A stretch of 32,000 nucleotides of DNA, taken from the NCBI RefSeq assembly GCF_005696695.1, contig NZ_CP040006.1:1740001-1772000 (forward strand), written 5' to 3'. Numbering within the stretch: the stretch's first letter is position 1; the number at the start of each line of letters is the position of its first letter. The translations under genes and the position numbers were made by a program. This DNA comes from Schaalia odontolytica (GTDB lineage: Bacteria > Actinomycetota > Actinomycetes > Actinomycetales > Actinomycetaceae). Positions 23,449 to 32,000 of the stretch are shown here, one piece after another. The notes under the pieces are model-generated. The model did no database searches, had not been told where the DNA came from, and was given only the letters and a program-made list of their open reading frames with translations.

Positions 23449-23915
23449 GCGCCTACCTCGCCATCCGCATCCTCCTGCTCCTCGCCCTCGCGCTCACCGC
23501 GTGGTGGCTGGTGCGCCCGGTCTCCTCGGCCTCGTCGCTCGCGTTGCGCCGCATCGGCATCGGAGCGGTCGTCGCTGCGGCTATCGTGGCCATCCTCGTG
23601 CCCTCGCTGGCCAACACGGCTGCCCGCGCGGTCGGCGTTGAGCGAGGGGTCAACCTGATCGTCTACGGCCTCGTTATTGCGTTGATCGCGCAGATGGTGA
23701 CCGGCTATCGGCGCGAGGCCCGCGCCGAGGAGCGCATGGCTACCCTGGCCCGCTCCCTCGCCCTCGCACACATCCTTCCGCCCGACGATCCGGGGGATGC
23801 GAGCACCGAGACGGGCAGCTCACACGCTGATACGAGCGGAGTGGAACGCGCCGCTAACGGCCCTGCTTCACCGACAAACACGCCAGATAACGATATGGTT
23901 ACGAATGATGAGTAA
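23445..23915 (+). CDS. DUF2304-family small membrane protein (paralog of 4813..5205)
   Basis: 156 aa with three hydrophobic helices, a charged helix (YRREARAEERMATLARSLA) and an acidic tail. The ATG overlaps the GT2 stop as ATGA (23445-23448). Confidence 0.75.
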   Translation: MSAYLAIRILLLLALALTAWWLVRPVSSASSLALRRIGIGAVVAAAIVAILVPSLANTAARAVGVERGVNLIVYGLVIALIAQMVTGYRREARAEERMATLARSLALAHILPPDDPGDASTETGSSHADTSGVERAANGPASPTNTPDNDMVTNDE

Positions 23916-25227
23916 CGTGAATCTGCGACCGATCCAGCACTCGGCCGTCAACTTCGGACGCTTCGGCTTCCTGCGCGGCGCACTCGCCGTGCTCCTGGCC
24001 GGCGTCCTGTTCGTCGTGTCCTCCGCAGGCTTCGTCTACGCCAAGCTGAGCACTCAGTTCGCCAACCGCGTCGTCAACATCGACGCCTACGCGAGCGACG
24101 AACAGAACAAGGCCACCCCGGACTCCTTCGAAGGCCGTGCCGTCAACATCCTCGTGGTCGGCACCGACTCACGTAACGGCGCCAGCGGAGAGCTCGGCGC
24201 GGGTGACGCAGATGACGTTCCCGGCCTGCGTAACGACTCGACGATGGTGATTCACATCAGCGCGGACCGCTCCCGCGTGCAGATCGTCTCCATCCCCCGC
24301 GACACCCTCGTGGACATCCCGGCGTGTAAGCACCGCGATGGCACGACCAGCGAGCCGACCACGGACGATATGTTCAACAACGCGATGGTCTACGGCGCGG
24401 ACGGTGGCGACGAACCGGAAGACATCGGCCCCGGTATCGCATGCGTGCGATCGACCGTCGAAAAGCTCTCCGGCATGTCCATCGATGCCTTCATGGTCGT
24501 TGATTTCGCGGGCTTTATTAACATGATCGACTCCCTGGGTGGCGTGTGGTTCAACATCCCCGAGCGCATCGACGACGACTCCGCCCAGCTCTACATCGAC
24601 GAGGGCTGCTGGAAGCTGTCTGGCACGCACGCGCTGGCCTACATGCGCTCGCGCAAGGGCCAGGGCGACGGCTCCGATATTTCCCGTATCGGCCGCCAGC
24701 AGCAGCTGATTTCCGCGATGCTGCGTGAGCTGCAGGACAAGAACTACGTGACCGATCCCGGCTCGCTCATCAGCTTCCTGCAAGCCGCGATTTCCTCCGT
24801 GAACGTGTCCCCGAACCTGGGCAACGCCAGCTCGGACGCATCCCTGCTCATCAACGTCCTACAGAAGATCGACCGTTCCAACATTCAGTTCGTGACGATG
24901 CCGGTCGAGGAGCCCTCCTGGGATCCGAACCGCCGTATCCCCTCTGAGCCGATGGCCCGCAACGTGTGGAACGCCCTGAAGAATGACCAGGCTCTGCCCG
25001 TGGGCACGACCTACACGGACGGCAACGGCGCGCAGCTCGTGGTCCCCGATCCGACCGCGACGACGGCTCCTTCGACGCCCACTCCGACGCAGGCTCCGAC
25101 CACCGACCCCAGCTCGGAGGAGACGACCACGGATAACACCGCGCAGTCCGCCTCCGTCGCGAATAACGCGGCGAACGAGGAAGCTGCCAAGCAGACAGCC
25201 GCCACCTGCCCGCCGAAGAACCAATGA
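23905..25227 (+). CDS. LytR-CpsA-Psr (LCP) family glycopolymer-to-peptidoglycan ligase
   Basis: ORF 23797..25227 trimmed to MMSNVNLRP (ATG 23905). It has an N-terminal TM helix and LCP motifs (ILVVGTDSRNG, DSTMVIHIS, IVSIPRDTLVDIP). The C-terminal tail is Thr/Pro-rich. Confidence 0.9.
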   Translation: MMSNVNLRPIQHSAVNFGRFGFLRGALAVLLAGVLFVVSSAGFVYAKLSTQFANRVVNIDAYASDEQNKATPDSFEGRAVNILVVGTDSRNGASGELGAGDADDVPGLRNDSTMVIHISADRSRVQIVSIPRDTLVDIPACKHRDGTTSEPTTDDMFNNAMVYGADGGDEPEDIGPGIACVRSTVEKLSGMSIDAFMVVDFAGFINMIDSLGGVWFNIPERIDDDSAQLYIDEGCWKLSGTHALAYMRSRKGQGDGSDISRIGRQQQLISAMLRELQDKNYVTDPGSLISFLQAAISSVNVSPNLGNASSDASLLINVLQKIDRSNIQFVTMPVEEPSWDPNRRIPSEPMARNVWNALKNDQALPVGTTYTDGNGAQLVVPDPTATTAPSTPTPTQAPTTDPSSEETTTDNTAQSASVANNAANEEAAKQTAATCPPKNQ

Positions 25228-26606
25228 GCAATCCTCCTTCTTTTACGCCTGACCCGAAGCGACGCCGCCCCGGATCCGACGACGCTCACGTCGTCGGTGA
25301 GGAGGTGCGCGGTGGCGCACCCACTCCCCCGCCGGAGGCTCTGGCCCCGCAGATGTGGAGAATCTCGGACGACGAGGCCGCGGCGGCCCGCCCGCTGATG
25401 CCCCGCACGCTGGATCAGCCGCAGAGGGACTCTCAGTCGATTTTCCCGCGCCGCACCCCGGCCCAGCAGCCGCCGTCGTTCCAGCCGGCCTCCGCTGCTA
25501 ACCCGCCGTCCTACGCGCCGGGTTCCGGCCGTTCCTCGGGCTCGGGTACGTACGCCCCGTCGGGCAACGGGCCCCGACAGGTGACGATCAATCGCTCCCA
25601 GAGCGCACCCTCGCCGGCCCCCGCGCCGGCCGCTCCCACGGCCCCGGCTGCAAAGCCGAGGCGTCGCAAGCGCCGCCATCCGATTCTCAAGACACTGTGC
25701 CTGTTCCTGGTCCTCGTCCTCGCGTGGGGCGGATTCCTCATGTGGGATGCCAATACGAACATGGGTCGCGTGAGCGCCCTGTCGGGGGCCGCCGATACTC
25801 CGGGCACGACCTACCTGCTGGCGGGTTCCGATTCGCGCGCCGACGGCGCCGTCCAGGATGGCTTCAACGAATCCGAGCGCGCCGACTCGATCATGCTCGT
25901 CAACGTCGCCCCGAACGGACAGAAGGTCGCGCTGTCGATTCCGCGTGACACCTACGCGGAGATCCCGGGCGTCGGCTGGGACAAGATCAACGCCTCCTAC
26001 GCGTACGGCGGCCCGCAGCTGCTCGTGGAGACCGTGGAGAAGCTGACAGGTCTCACCGTCGATCACTTCGTGCAGATCGGCATGGGCGCCGTGCCCGACA
26101 TGGTGGACGCGGTCGGCGGCGTCGAGCTGTGCTACGACAACGACGCGGACGACCAGTACTCCGGCCTGAAGTGGAGCGCCGGCTGCCACACGGTGGACGG
26201 CACGACCGCACTGCAGTTCTCACGTATGCGCTACCAGGACCCGGAGGGCGACATCGGCCGCACGAAGCGTCAGCGCCAGGTGATTTCGAAGGTCATTTCC
26301 TCGGCTGCCTCGCCCTCGACCCTCGTTAATCCCGCGAAGACCCTGCGCGTGGAGCGAGCCGGTTCGAAGTCCTTCACAATTGACGAGGACTCCTCTGTTG
26401 TGACGGTCGCGTCGCTCGTGTGGGCGCTGCGCAGCGCCTCGTCGAATCAGATGATGGGTGTCCCCCCGATCGAGTCGCTGAACTTCACGACGAACGCCGG
26501 AGCCTCTGCTGTCCTGCTGCGCGATACGACCGCGGACGACTTCTTCGCCAAGCTGCGCGCGGGCAAGTTGACCACCTCGGACCTCAACCAGCTCCCGCTC
26601 GACTGA
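25224..26606 (+). CDS. LCP family ligase with a long Pro-rich cytoplasmic N-terminal extension
   Basis: 460 aa. The ATG overlaps the upstream stop as ATGA. About 152 aa of low-complexity Pro/Ser/Ala sequence precede a poly-basic stretch and a TM helix (ILKTLCLFLVLVLAWGGFLMW), followed by the LCP motifs (YLLAGSDSRADG, DSIMLVNV, LSIPRDTYAEIPG). Confidence 0.9.
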   Translation: MSNPPSFTPDPKRRRPGSDDAHVVGEEVRGGAPTPPPEALAPQMWRISDDEAAAARPLMPRTLDQPQRDSQSIFPRRTPAQQPPSFQPASAANPPSYAPGSGRSSGSGTYAPSGNGPRQVTINRSQSAPSPAPAPAAPTAPAAKPRRRKRRHPILKTLCLFLVLVLAWGGFLMWDANTNMGRVSALSGAADTPGTTYLLAGSDSRADGAVQDGFNESERADSIMLVNVAPNGQKVALSIPRDTYAEIPGVGWDKINASYAYGGPQLLVETVEKLTGLTVDHFVQIGMGAVPDMVDAVGGVELCYDNDADDQYSGLKWSAGCHTVDGTTALQFSRMRYQDPEGDIGRTKRQRQVISKVISSAASPSTLVNPAKTLRVERAGSKSFTIDEDSSVVTVASLVWALRSASSNQMMGVPPIESLNFTTNAGASAVLLRDTTADDFFAKLRAGKLTTSDLNQLPLD

Positions 26607-26624
26607 GCCCTCTCACCGACGCAC

Positions 26625-26666
26625 GAACCCCGGCCTCGTCTCTCACAGGGAACGAGGCCGGGGTTC
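26625..26666. terminator. Bidirectional intrinsic terminator between the second LCP gene and galE
   Basis: 15-bp perfect stem, GAACCCCGGCCTCGT / ACGAGGCCGGGGTTC, with a 12-nt loop. It is followed by TTTG on the plus strand. Confidence 0.75.
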
Positions 26667-26686
26667 TTTGCGTTCTACGAGGGCCC

Positions 26687-27682
26687 TCAGGAGCCGGGAA
26701 CGGTGATCGGGCGCGGACCCGCCTGCCAGCCCTCCCAGGCGGAGGTGAGGATCTCGTCGAGGCCGTTGTTGGCCTTCCATCCCAGGTCCACGCCGATGGA
26801 CAGCGGATCGCCGATCAGCTTGGGCGGGTCGCCCGCACGGCGGTCCAGCTCCTCGACCGGGAAGTCCCAGCCGATGACGCGGCGCAGGCCGTCGATGATC
26901 TCGCGGACGGAGGTGCCCAGGCCGGTGCCCACGTTGTAGGTGTGGTGGTCGGGCTGGCGCCCCTCGGCGAGCACGTCGAGGGCTGCGATGTGTGCCTCGG
27001 CCAGGTCCAGGACGTGGATGTAGTCGCGCACGCAGGTGCCGTCCGGGGTGTCGTAGTCGGTGCCGAAGATCTTGGCGCTCTCCCCGCGCTCGATGCGGTC
27101 GAGGACCATGGGGATCAGGTTCATGATGGCCGGGTCGGCCAGGTCGGGCCAGCCGGCGCCCGCGACGTTGAAGTAGCGCAGGCCGATCCACTTCAGGTCC
27201 CAGGCGCGCTCGCAGTCGGCCATCATCCACTCGCCGATCAGCTTGGTCTCGCCGTAGGGGTTGATGGGGTAGCCGGCCATGTCCTCGGTGACGACTTCGG
27301 CGGTGGGGATGCCGTAGACGGCGGCCGACGAGGAGAAGATCATCTGGTCGACGCCGGCGTCCTCCATGGCGGCCAGCACGTTCGCCATGCCACCGATGTT
27401 CTGCTGGTAGTACCAGGTGGGGCGTGCGACGGACTCGCCGACCTGCTTGCGCGCGGAGAAGTGGATGACGGCCGTGACGTCCTCGTCCACCATGAGGTTG
27501 GAGAGAACGGAACGGGCTTCATCGGTAGCGACATCGAGGCGAACCAGGGGCGTGTCCCCGATCCTGGCCGCGTTGGAAGTGGACAGGTCGTCGACGACGA
27601 CGACGCGATCCCCGCGCTGACGCAGGAGGCGGACAACGTGTGCGCCGATGTAGCCGGCGCCGCCACAAACGAGAATGCTCAT
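26687..27682 (-). CDS. galE: UDP-glucose 4-epimerase
   Basis: 331 aa: MSILVCGGAGYIGAHVV (GxxGxxG) and a YxxxK catalytic motif (NPYGETKLIGE), with full-length GalE-like sequence. Confidence 0.95.
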   Translation of the reverse strand: MSILVCGGAGYIGAHVVRLLRQRGDRVVVVDDLSTSNAARIGDTPLVRLDVATDEARSVLSNLMVDEDVTAVIHFSARKQVGESVARPTWYYQQNIGGMANVLAAMEDAGVDQMIFSSSAAVYGIPTAEVVTEDMAGYPINPYGETKLIGEWMMADCERAWDLKWIGLRYFNVAGAGWPDLADPAIMNLIPMVLDRIERGESAKIFGTDYDTPDGTCVRDYIHVLDLAEAHIAALDVLAEGRQPDHHTYNVGTGLGTSVREIIDGLRRVIGWDFPVEELDRRAGDPPKLIGDPLSIGVDLGWKANNGLDEILTSAWEGWQAGPRPITVPGS

Positions 27683-27745
27683 GGCTTCAGGATACGACGC
27701 GCCGCCCCCTCGCGGCTACCCGCGCGGGGCTTGTGTTGTGCGGCC

Positions 27746-28300
27746 TCAGCGCGCCTGGGAGACGCGCTGGGCGAGGGCCGCCCCCTTTGCGCTGGCCACG
27801 TCGCGTAGGTCCTTCTGGAAGTCGCGCATTGAGGCGCGCAGGGATTCGGCGCGTTCCCCTTCGCCGGCTCCGAGGATCCGGGCGGCGAGCAGCCCCGCGT
27901 TACGCGCGCCTGCGATCGACACGGTCGCGACAGGCACGCCTGCGGGCATCTGGACGATGGAGTGCAGGGAGTCGACGCCATCGAGGTGCTTGAGGGGCAC
28001 GGGCACGCCGATGACGGGCAGTTCGGTGAGCGCGGCGAGCATACCGGGCAGGTGGGCCGCTCCCCCGGCCCCCGCGATGATGACGCGCAGGCCGCGCTCC
28101 GAGGCGGATCGACCATAGGCCACCATGTCCTCGGGCATGCGGTGGGCGGAAACGACGCCGACCTCGCAGGCGATGCCGAATTCGGCGAGGGCGCCGACGG
28201 CCGCTTCCATCGTGGGCCAGTCGGAGTCGGAGCCCATGACAACACCGACGAGCGGGTTGTCGCCGGTGGCGGTCAGCTGGATGTCGAGCTCGGTGGTCAT
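27746..28300 (-). CDS. purE: N5-carboxyaminoimidazole ribonucleotide mutase (class I PurE)
   Basis: ORF 27746..28576 trimmed to MTTELDIQL (ATG 28300, SD GAAAGGA upstream). Signatures present: [39 protein letters not shown]. Confidence 0.95.
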   Translation of the reverse strand: MTTELDIQLTATGDNPLVGVVMGSDSDWPTMEAAVGALAEFGIACEVGVVSAHRMPEDMVAYGRSASERGLRVIIAGAGGAAHLPGMLAALTELPVIGVPVPLKHLDGVDSLHSIVQMPAGVPVATVSIAGARNAGLLAARILGAGEGERAESLRASMRDFQKDLRDVASAKGAALAQRVSQAR

Positions 28301-28367
28301 GGGCGGTCCTTTCGGGAGGGAACGAGGCCGGGGCACCTGGTCCCTCGGCCGCGGACGGGTGGGAGGG

Positions 28368-29522
28368 TTAGCTGGTGGGGACCTCACCCTTGAGGGCGTA
28401 GACGGCTGCCCGGGCTCGCTCGAGGGCAAGAGCCGGGTCCTTTTCGACGACAGTGACGTGGCCGAGCTTGCGGCCCGGGCGCACCTCCTTGCCGTAGAGG
28501 TGTACCTTCGCTCCCGCTCCCCCGGCTGCGAAGGCCACCCCGAGGGCGCGCGCAGGCTGATCGTGAGCCGAGCCAAGGAGGTTCACCATGACGGAATATG
28601 TACCCGGGGCGCGCAGATCGGTGGACCCCAGCGGCAGGTCGAGGACGGCACGCAGGTGCTGCTCGAATTGGCTCGTGACGGCCCCGTCGATGGTCCAGTG
28701 TCCCGTGTTGTGGGGGCGCATGGCGAGCTCGTTGACGAGGACGCGCTCGTCCGCGCCCTCACCGACGACGAACATTTCCACGGCGAGGACGCCGGTGACA
28801 CCCAGCTCGGCGGCGATACGCTCGCCAATGCGGCGGGCCTCGGCGGCCGTCTCGGGCCGGATGCCAACGGCTGGCGCGGTGACCTCGGCGCACACGCCGT
28901 CGATCTGCACGGTGGAGGCGACGGGCCACGAGGCGATCTCACCCGAAGGGGTGCGCGCAAGGAGGGCCGCCACCTCGCCGGTGAAGGGAACCAGGGCCTC
29001 GGCCAGCAGAGGGCCGTTGCCCCACCAGGAGGACACGTCCGCGGGGCTATGAGCGACTGCCACGCCGTGCCCGTCGTATCCGCCGCGCGGGGTCTTGACG
29101 ATGAGGGGCCATCCGATCGTGGCACCGAATTCGGCCAGTTGGGCCTCGTCCTCGACGCGCGCCCACGCGGGGCACGGGATGCCCATCTCGGTGAGGCGCT
29201 CGCGCATGGCCAGTTTGTCCTGCGCGTACAGGAGGGCGCTGGCCGGGGGCTGAACGGAGACGAGGCGGGCAGCCTCCTCCATCGTGGGGGCCGGGATGTG
29301 CTCGTGCTCGAACGTGAGAACGTCCGCGCCGTCGATCAGCACGCGGACCGCGTCCAGGTCGGCGGGCTCACCCACCGCTTTGTCGACGGTCACCTGACCG
29401 GTCGAGCCGTCCGAGGCCTCGACGAGGGCCCGAAGGTTAATGCCGAGCGCGACCGCGCTCTCCTGCATCATGCGTGCGAGCTGTCCGCCGCCGATGACGG
29501 CAACAGTGGGAGGGGTCAGCAT
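28368..29522 (-). CDS. purK: N5-carboxyaminoimidazole ribonucleotide synthase (ATP-grasp)
   Basis: ORF 28368..29543. I prefer the ATG at 29522 ([19 protein letters not shown]). The sequence is ATP-grasp PurK-like throughout (RKLGHVT near the C-terminus) and lies upstream of purE. Confidence 0.92.
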   Translation of the reverse strand: MLTPPTVAVIGGGQLARMMQESAVALGINLRALVEASDGSTGQVTVDKAVGEPADLDAVRVLIDGADVLTFEHEHIPAPTMEEAARLVSVQPPASALLYAQDKLAMRERLTEMGIPCPAWARVEDEAQLAEFGATIGWPLIVKTPRGGYDGHGVAVAHSPADVSSWWGNGPLLAEALVPFTGEVAALLARTPSGEIASWPVASTVQIDGVCAEVTAPAVGIRPETAAEARRIGERIAAELGVTGVLAVEMFVVGEGADERVLVNELAMRPHNTGHWTIDGAVTSQFEQHLRAVLDLPLGSTDLRAPGTYSVMVNLLGSAHDQPARALGVAFAAGGAGAKVHLYGKEVRPGRKLGHVTVVEKDPALALERARAAVYALKGEVPTS

Positions 29523-29555
29523 CTCGTGTTCCACGCCTTTCAATGTACTCCGCTG

Positions 29556-30884
29556 CTAGAAGCGCCGCGAGCGGCGTCCCATGGACATGAGGGGGCCTTC
29601 GGGCATCACGCGATCGGGGTCGAGGGACGCGGGGATCGCGGCGACCGAGACGGTGAAGACCGGCGGCTTGTTCGTCTTGAGCTCGAGACGCCCGCCCATC
29701 GCCTGCGCGAGGTCGTGGGCCAGGGCCAGGCCGATACCCGTCGATCCGTGCCCGGAGACGCCCTTTTGAAAAATGTCGGGGGCCAGGGACTCGTCGATAC
29801 CCTCACCTTCGTCGCTCACCTCAATGACGACGCCACGCTTGGAGGTGCCCGCGTGCGCCCACACGCGCGTGGTCCCGTCGCCGTAGCGCAGCGAGTTTTC
29901 GATGAGGGTCGCCAGGACCTGCCCGAGCTTTCCGGCGTCGGCCAGGATCGGACGCTCGGCCTCGTCGAGGAAAACGAGCGGACGTCCCGCCGCCTCGAAC
30001 TGGTCCTCCCACTCCTCGCGGGCCGTGTTGAAGACCTCGAGAATGTGAATGGCCTCGGTCTGGCTGGTCTGACGCTTAGAAACGTCGAGGAGCTCCGTGA
30101 CCACGTTGGTCATGCGTTCCACCTGTTCGAGGCAGGTGCGGGCTTCGGCGCGCACCTCGTCCTCTGTGGAGATGAGTTCGATTTCCTCCAGGCGCATGGA
30201 CAGAGCGGTCAGCGGCGTGCGCAGCTGGTGGGAGGCGTCAGCGGCAGCCTGTCGCTCGGCTGCGAGTCGGCCCGCCATGCGTTCGCCGGTGCGAGCGAGT
30301 TCTTCGGAGACCAGGTCGATCTCTTCGATGCCGGACTTCTCCACGCGGGCACGCACGCCTCCCGAGCCGATCTGCTCAGCCTGGGCGGCCAGGTAGATGA
30401 GTGGGGCCGACAGCTCACGCGACAGGGAGCGCGCGAGTACCCAGCCGATCACCATGGAAGCGACCATGCCCCCGCCGAACAGCGCGCACGTCCACGCGAT
30501 GCGGTTCAGAGCGTTCGACGCCGACGCTGTGAGCTGGACAGAAACGCCGCTCGGAGACGAGGCCAGGGCGGTCATGGTCCGCCCAGGGAACGCCTTGCTG
30601 TTGGTGGCGAGGTTGGCCTCGGGAACCTTAATGCGGTAGCCGAGTTCGTCCCCGCGGCTGTTCGCCTGATCCGCTACGAGCGAGGCCAGGGTTGCGGGGT
30701 CGTTCCCCTCCCCCACGGCACGCCTACGCTCGATGTTTTGGAGGATGAGCTGCGCCTGAACGTCGAGGTTACGCTGTTCGGACGACCAGATGGAGACCGA
30801 CGCAAAGAAGGCGCCGGGCAGGCCCATCAGCACGCACACGACGGCGACGATGGAGACGATCATCCTCACCGCGCGAGCGCGCAT
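29556..30884 (-). CDS. Two-component sensor histidine kinase (2 TM + HAMP + HisKA + HATPase_c)
   Basis: 442 aa with an N-terminal TM helix, a second TM before the HAMP region, an H-box (ADASHQLRTPLTAL) and a G-box (GHGSTGIGLALAHDLAQAMGG). It begins 24 nt downstream of the response regulator. Confidence 0.9.
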   Translation of the reverse strand: MRARAVRMIVSIVAVVCVLMGLPGAFFASVSIWSSEQRNLDVQAQLILQNIERRRAVGEGNDPATLASLVADQANSRGDELGYRIKVPEANLATNSKAFPGRTMTALASSPSGVSVQLTASASNALNRIAWTCALFGGGMVASMVIGWVLARSLSRELSAPLIYLAAQAEQIGSGGVRARVEKSGIEEIDLVSEELARTGERMAGRLAAERQAAADASHQLRTPLTALSMRLEEIELISTEDEVRAEARTCLEQVERMTNVVTELLDVSKRQTSQTEAIHILEVFNTAREEWEDQFEAAGRPLVFLDEAERPILADAGKLGQVLATLIENSLRYGDGTTRVWAHAGTSKRGVVIEVSDEGEGIDESLAPDIFQKGVSGHGSTGIGLALAHDLAQAMGGRLELKTNKPPVFTVSVAAIPASLDPDRVMPEGPLMSMGRRSRRF

Positions 30885-30908
30885 GGCGGGCCTCCCTCAG
30901 CGACGCGC

Positions 30909-31586
30909 TCAGCGCGCGTTCTCGAAGCGGAATCCCATCCCGCGCACGGTGGTGATGTAGTGCGGGTCGGTCGCGTCGTCACCGAGCTTGCGGCGCAGCC
31001 ACGACACGTGCATGTCGAGAGTCTTCGTGGAGCCGGTCGGATCCGAGCCCCACACCTCACGCATGAGGGTGTCGCGAGCAACGACGGAACCGGCCTCGCG
31101 CAGGAGCACGCGCAGCAGGTCGAATTCCTTGGCTGTCAGGCTCAGCTCAACATCGCCCACGAAGGCGCGATGCGCAGCGACATCCATGCGGATGTCCTGA
31201 GCGCGCAGCTCGCCCTCGGCAGGTTCGGCAGCCTGGCGACGCAGGAGTGCCCGCACGCGAGCGAGGAGCTCCGCGAGGCGGAAGGGCTTCGTCACGTAGT
31301 CGTCTGCGCCCGCATCCAGGCCGACGACCATGTCGACTTCGTCCGTGCGCGCAGTGAGGATCAGAATCGGGACTCGGTTGCCCGAGGAACGGATCTCGCG
31401 GGCGACATCCAGGCCGTCCATGTCGGGCAGGCCGAGGTCCAGGACGACCAGGTCAACGCCGCGAACATCCGCGAGGGCTTCAGCGCCTGTCGCGTGTGCG
31501 CGCACGTCGTAGCCTTCCCTGCCCAGTGCGCGGGCGAGGGGCTCAGAGATGGCCGGATCGTCTTCAACGAGGAGAACTGTAGTCAC
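30909..31586 (-). CDS. OmpR/PhoB-family response regulator
   Basis: 225 aa with a receiver domain (VLLVEDDPAI, phospho-acceptor in VVLDLGLPDMDG, TKPF) and a winged-helix output domain (LTAKEFDLLRVLL, ITTVRGMGFRF). The start is GTG at 31586. Confidence 0.93.
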   Translation of the reverse strand: MTTVLLVEDDPAISEPLARALGREGYDVRAHATGAEALADVRGVDLVVLDLGLPDMDGLDVAREIRSSGNRVPILILTARTDEVDMVVGLDAGADDYVTKPFRLAELLARVRALLRRQAAEPAEGELRAQDIRMDVAAHRAFVGDVELSLTAKEFDLLRVLLREAGSVVARDTLMREVWGSDPTGSTKTLDMHVSWLRRKLGDDATDPHYITTVRGMGFRFENAR

Positions 31587-31592
31587 GCTTAC

Positions 31593-31598
31593 ATCTTA
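31593..31598 (-). promoter_or_regulatory. Candidate -10 element (TAAGAT) placed for a leaderless response-regulator mRNA
   Basis: The minus strand reads ..GAATTGCTAAGATGTAAGCGTGACTACA.. The hexamer ends 6 nt before the GTG start, and there is no SD between them. Confidence 0.3.
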
Positions 31599-31679
31599 GC
31601 AATTCTGAACCAAAACTTGCACCTTTCTTGACCCGTTATGCGGGCCGGTCAGGCACTCGTTCACACTGCGAGATGAACG

Positions 31680-32000
31680 TTATTTAACAACGCTTGAGAG
31701 CAGGTACGGCGAGACAGGACCGAAACCGCGCAAGTCTGCGGTCGGGAACTCTTCAAGCTCGTACCCGTCGCCAACCTCGCCAGCAGCGATGGCGGCAGCC
31801 GTGGTCGGATCGGTGAGGATTTTGCCAACCGGCGCAATGTCCACGAGGCGAGACGCGAGGTTCACCGTGGGCCCGAAGACGTCACCCGATCGAGAGAAGA
31901 CGTCTCCGCGCACGAAAGATGCTCGCACGGGCAGCATTTCGTCGTCGGCGTTCAGTCGCTCGATGAGGGCCGTGGCCACGCGCAGGCCAGTCGGCAGATC
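31680..32000 (-). CDS. Class III adenylate/guanylate cyclase catalytic domain protein (C-terminal part; N-terminus beyond the right edge)
   Basis: The C-terminal sequence ..LPVRASFVRGDVFSRSGDVFGPTVNLASRLVDIAPVGKILTD.. matches the conserved class III cyclase block (GDVFGxxVNxAxRL). The reading frame stays open to the window edge. Confidence 0.75.
   Translation of the reverse strand, partial: DLPTGLRVATALIERLNADDEMLPVRASFVRGDVFSRSGDVFGPTVNLASRLVDIAPVGKILTDPTTAAAIAAGEVGDGYELEEFPTADLRGFGPVSPYLLSSVVK

Noticed and set aside
28125-31631. A 1168-aa plus-strand ORF spanning 3.5 kb.
   Set aside because: It runs antisense across four well-supported minus-strand genes (purE 5' end, purK, histidine kinase, response regulator). 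Its translation is Arg/Gly/Asp/Ala-rich with no recognisable motif. This is typical of an open antisense frame in high-G+C DNA, where the sense codons TTA, CTA and TCA are avoided.
31680-32000. Whether the class III cyclase at the right edge could be the missing signal synthase for the CorA-like/NUDIX/HD trio.
   Set aside because: It lies 20 kb away, separated by about 20 unrelated housekeeping and glycan genes, and sits in native high-G+C context. Nothing in the sequence links them.

Overview
This is a high-G+C actinobacterial chromosome segment. Most genes are about 65-75% G+C by hand spot counts, and the gene content resembles Actinomycetales/Actinomycetaceae-like organisms (the taxon is inference only). 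From left to right it contains four blocks. (i) The distal part of a minus-strand Tad/Flp pilus operon: tadA/cpaF ATPase, tadB, tadC, a 56-aa Flp-like pilin ORF missing from the ORF track, and a truncated TadE-like gene. (ii) An APH-fold phosphotransferase-like gene that lacks the key metal-binding residues. (iii) A large, strand-mosaic cell-wall polysaccharide locus. It holds rmlA, a fused rmlC-rmlD, two paralogous GT2+DUF2304 pairs, three GT-B glycosyltransferases, a Wzx-type flippase and a nucleotide-sugar dehydrogenase. It also holds a WbpB/WbpE/WbpD-like oxidoreductase-aminotransferase-acetyltransferase cassette, two tandem LCP ligases, galE, and an Atl-like bifunctional autolysin with about 10 strictly periodic 20-aa wall-binding repeats. 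(iv) purE-purK, an OmpR-type response regulator with its histidine kinase, and the 3' end of a class III nucleotidyl cyclase gene. The stand-out feature is a lower-G+C, hairpin-bounded insertion of about 3 kb (roughly 8.45-11.44 kb) between rmlCD and the autolysin gene. It carries a tightly translationally coupled three-gene operon. The first gene encodes a CorA-architecture two-TM membrane protein with a degenerate GLN (not GMN) signature. The second encodes a cupin-NUDIX fusion with canonical motifs, and the third a small HD-domain phosphohydrolase. I do not recognise this trio as any named system. It looks like a candidate nucleotide-linked membrane-effector module, possibly phage defence. 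I saw no rRNA, tRNA, CRISPR array, cas gene, transposase or integrase. The many long ORFs antisense to the called genes are high-G+C artefacts.
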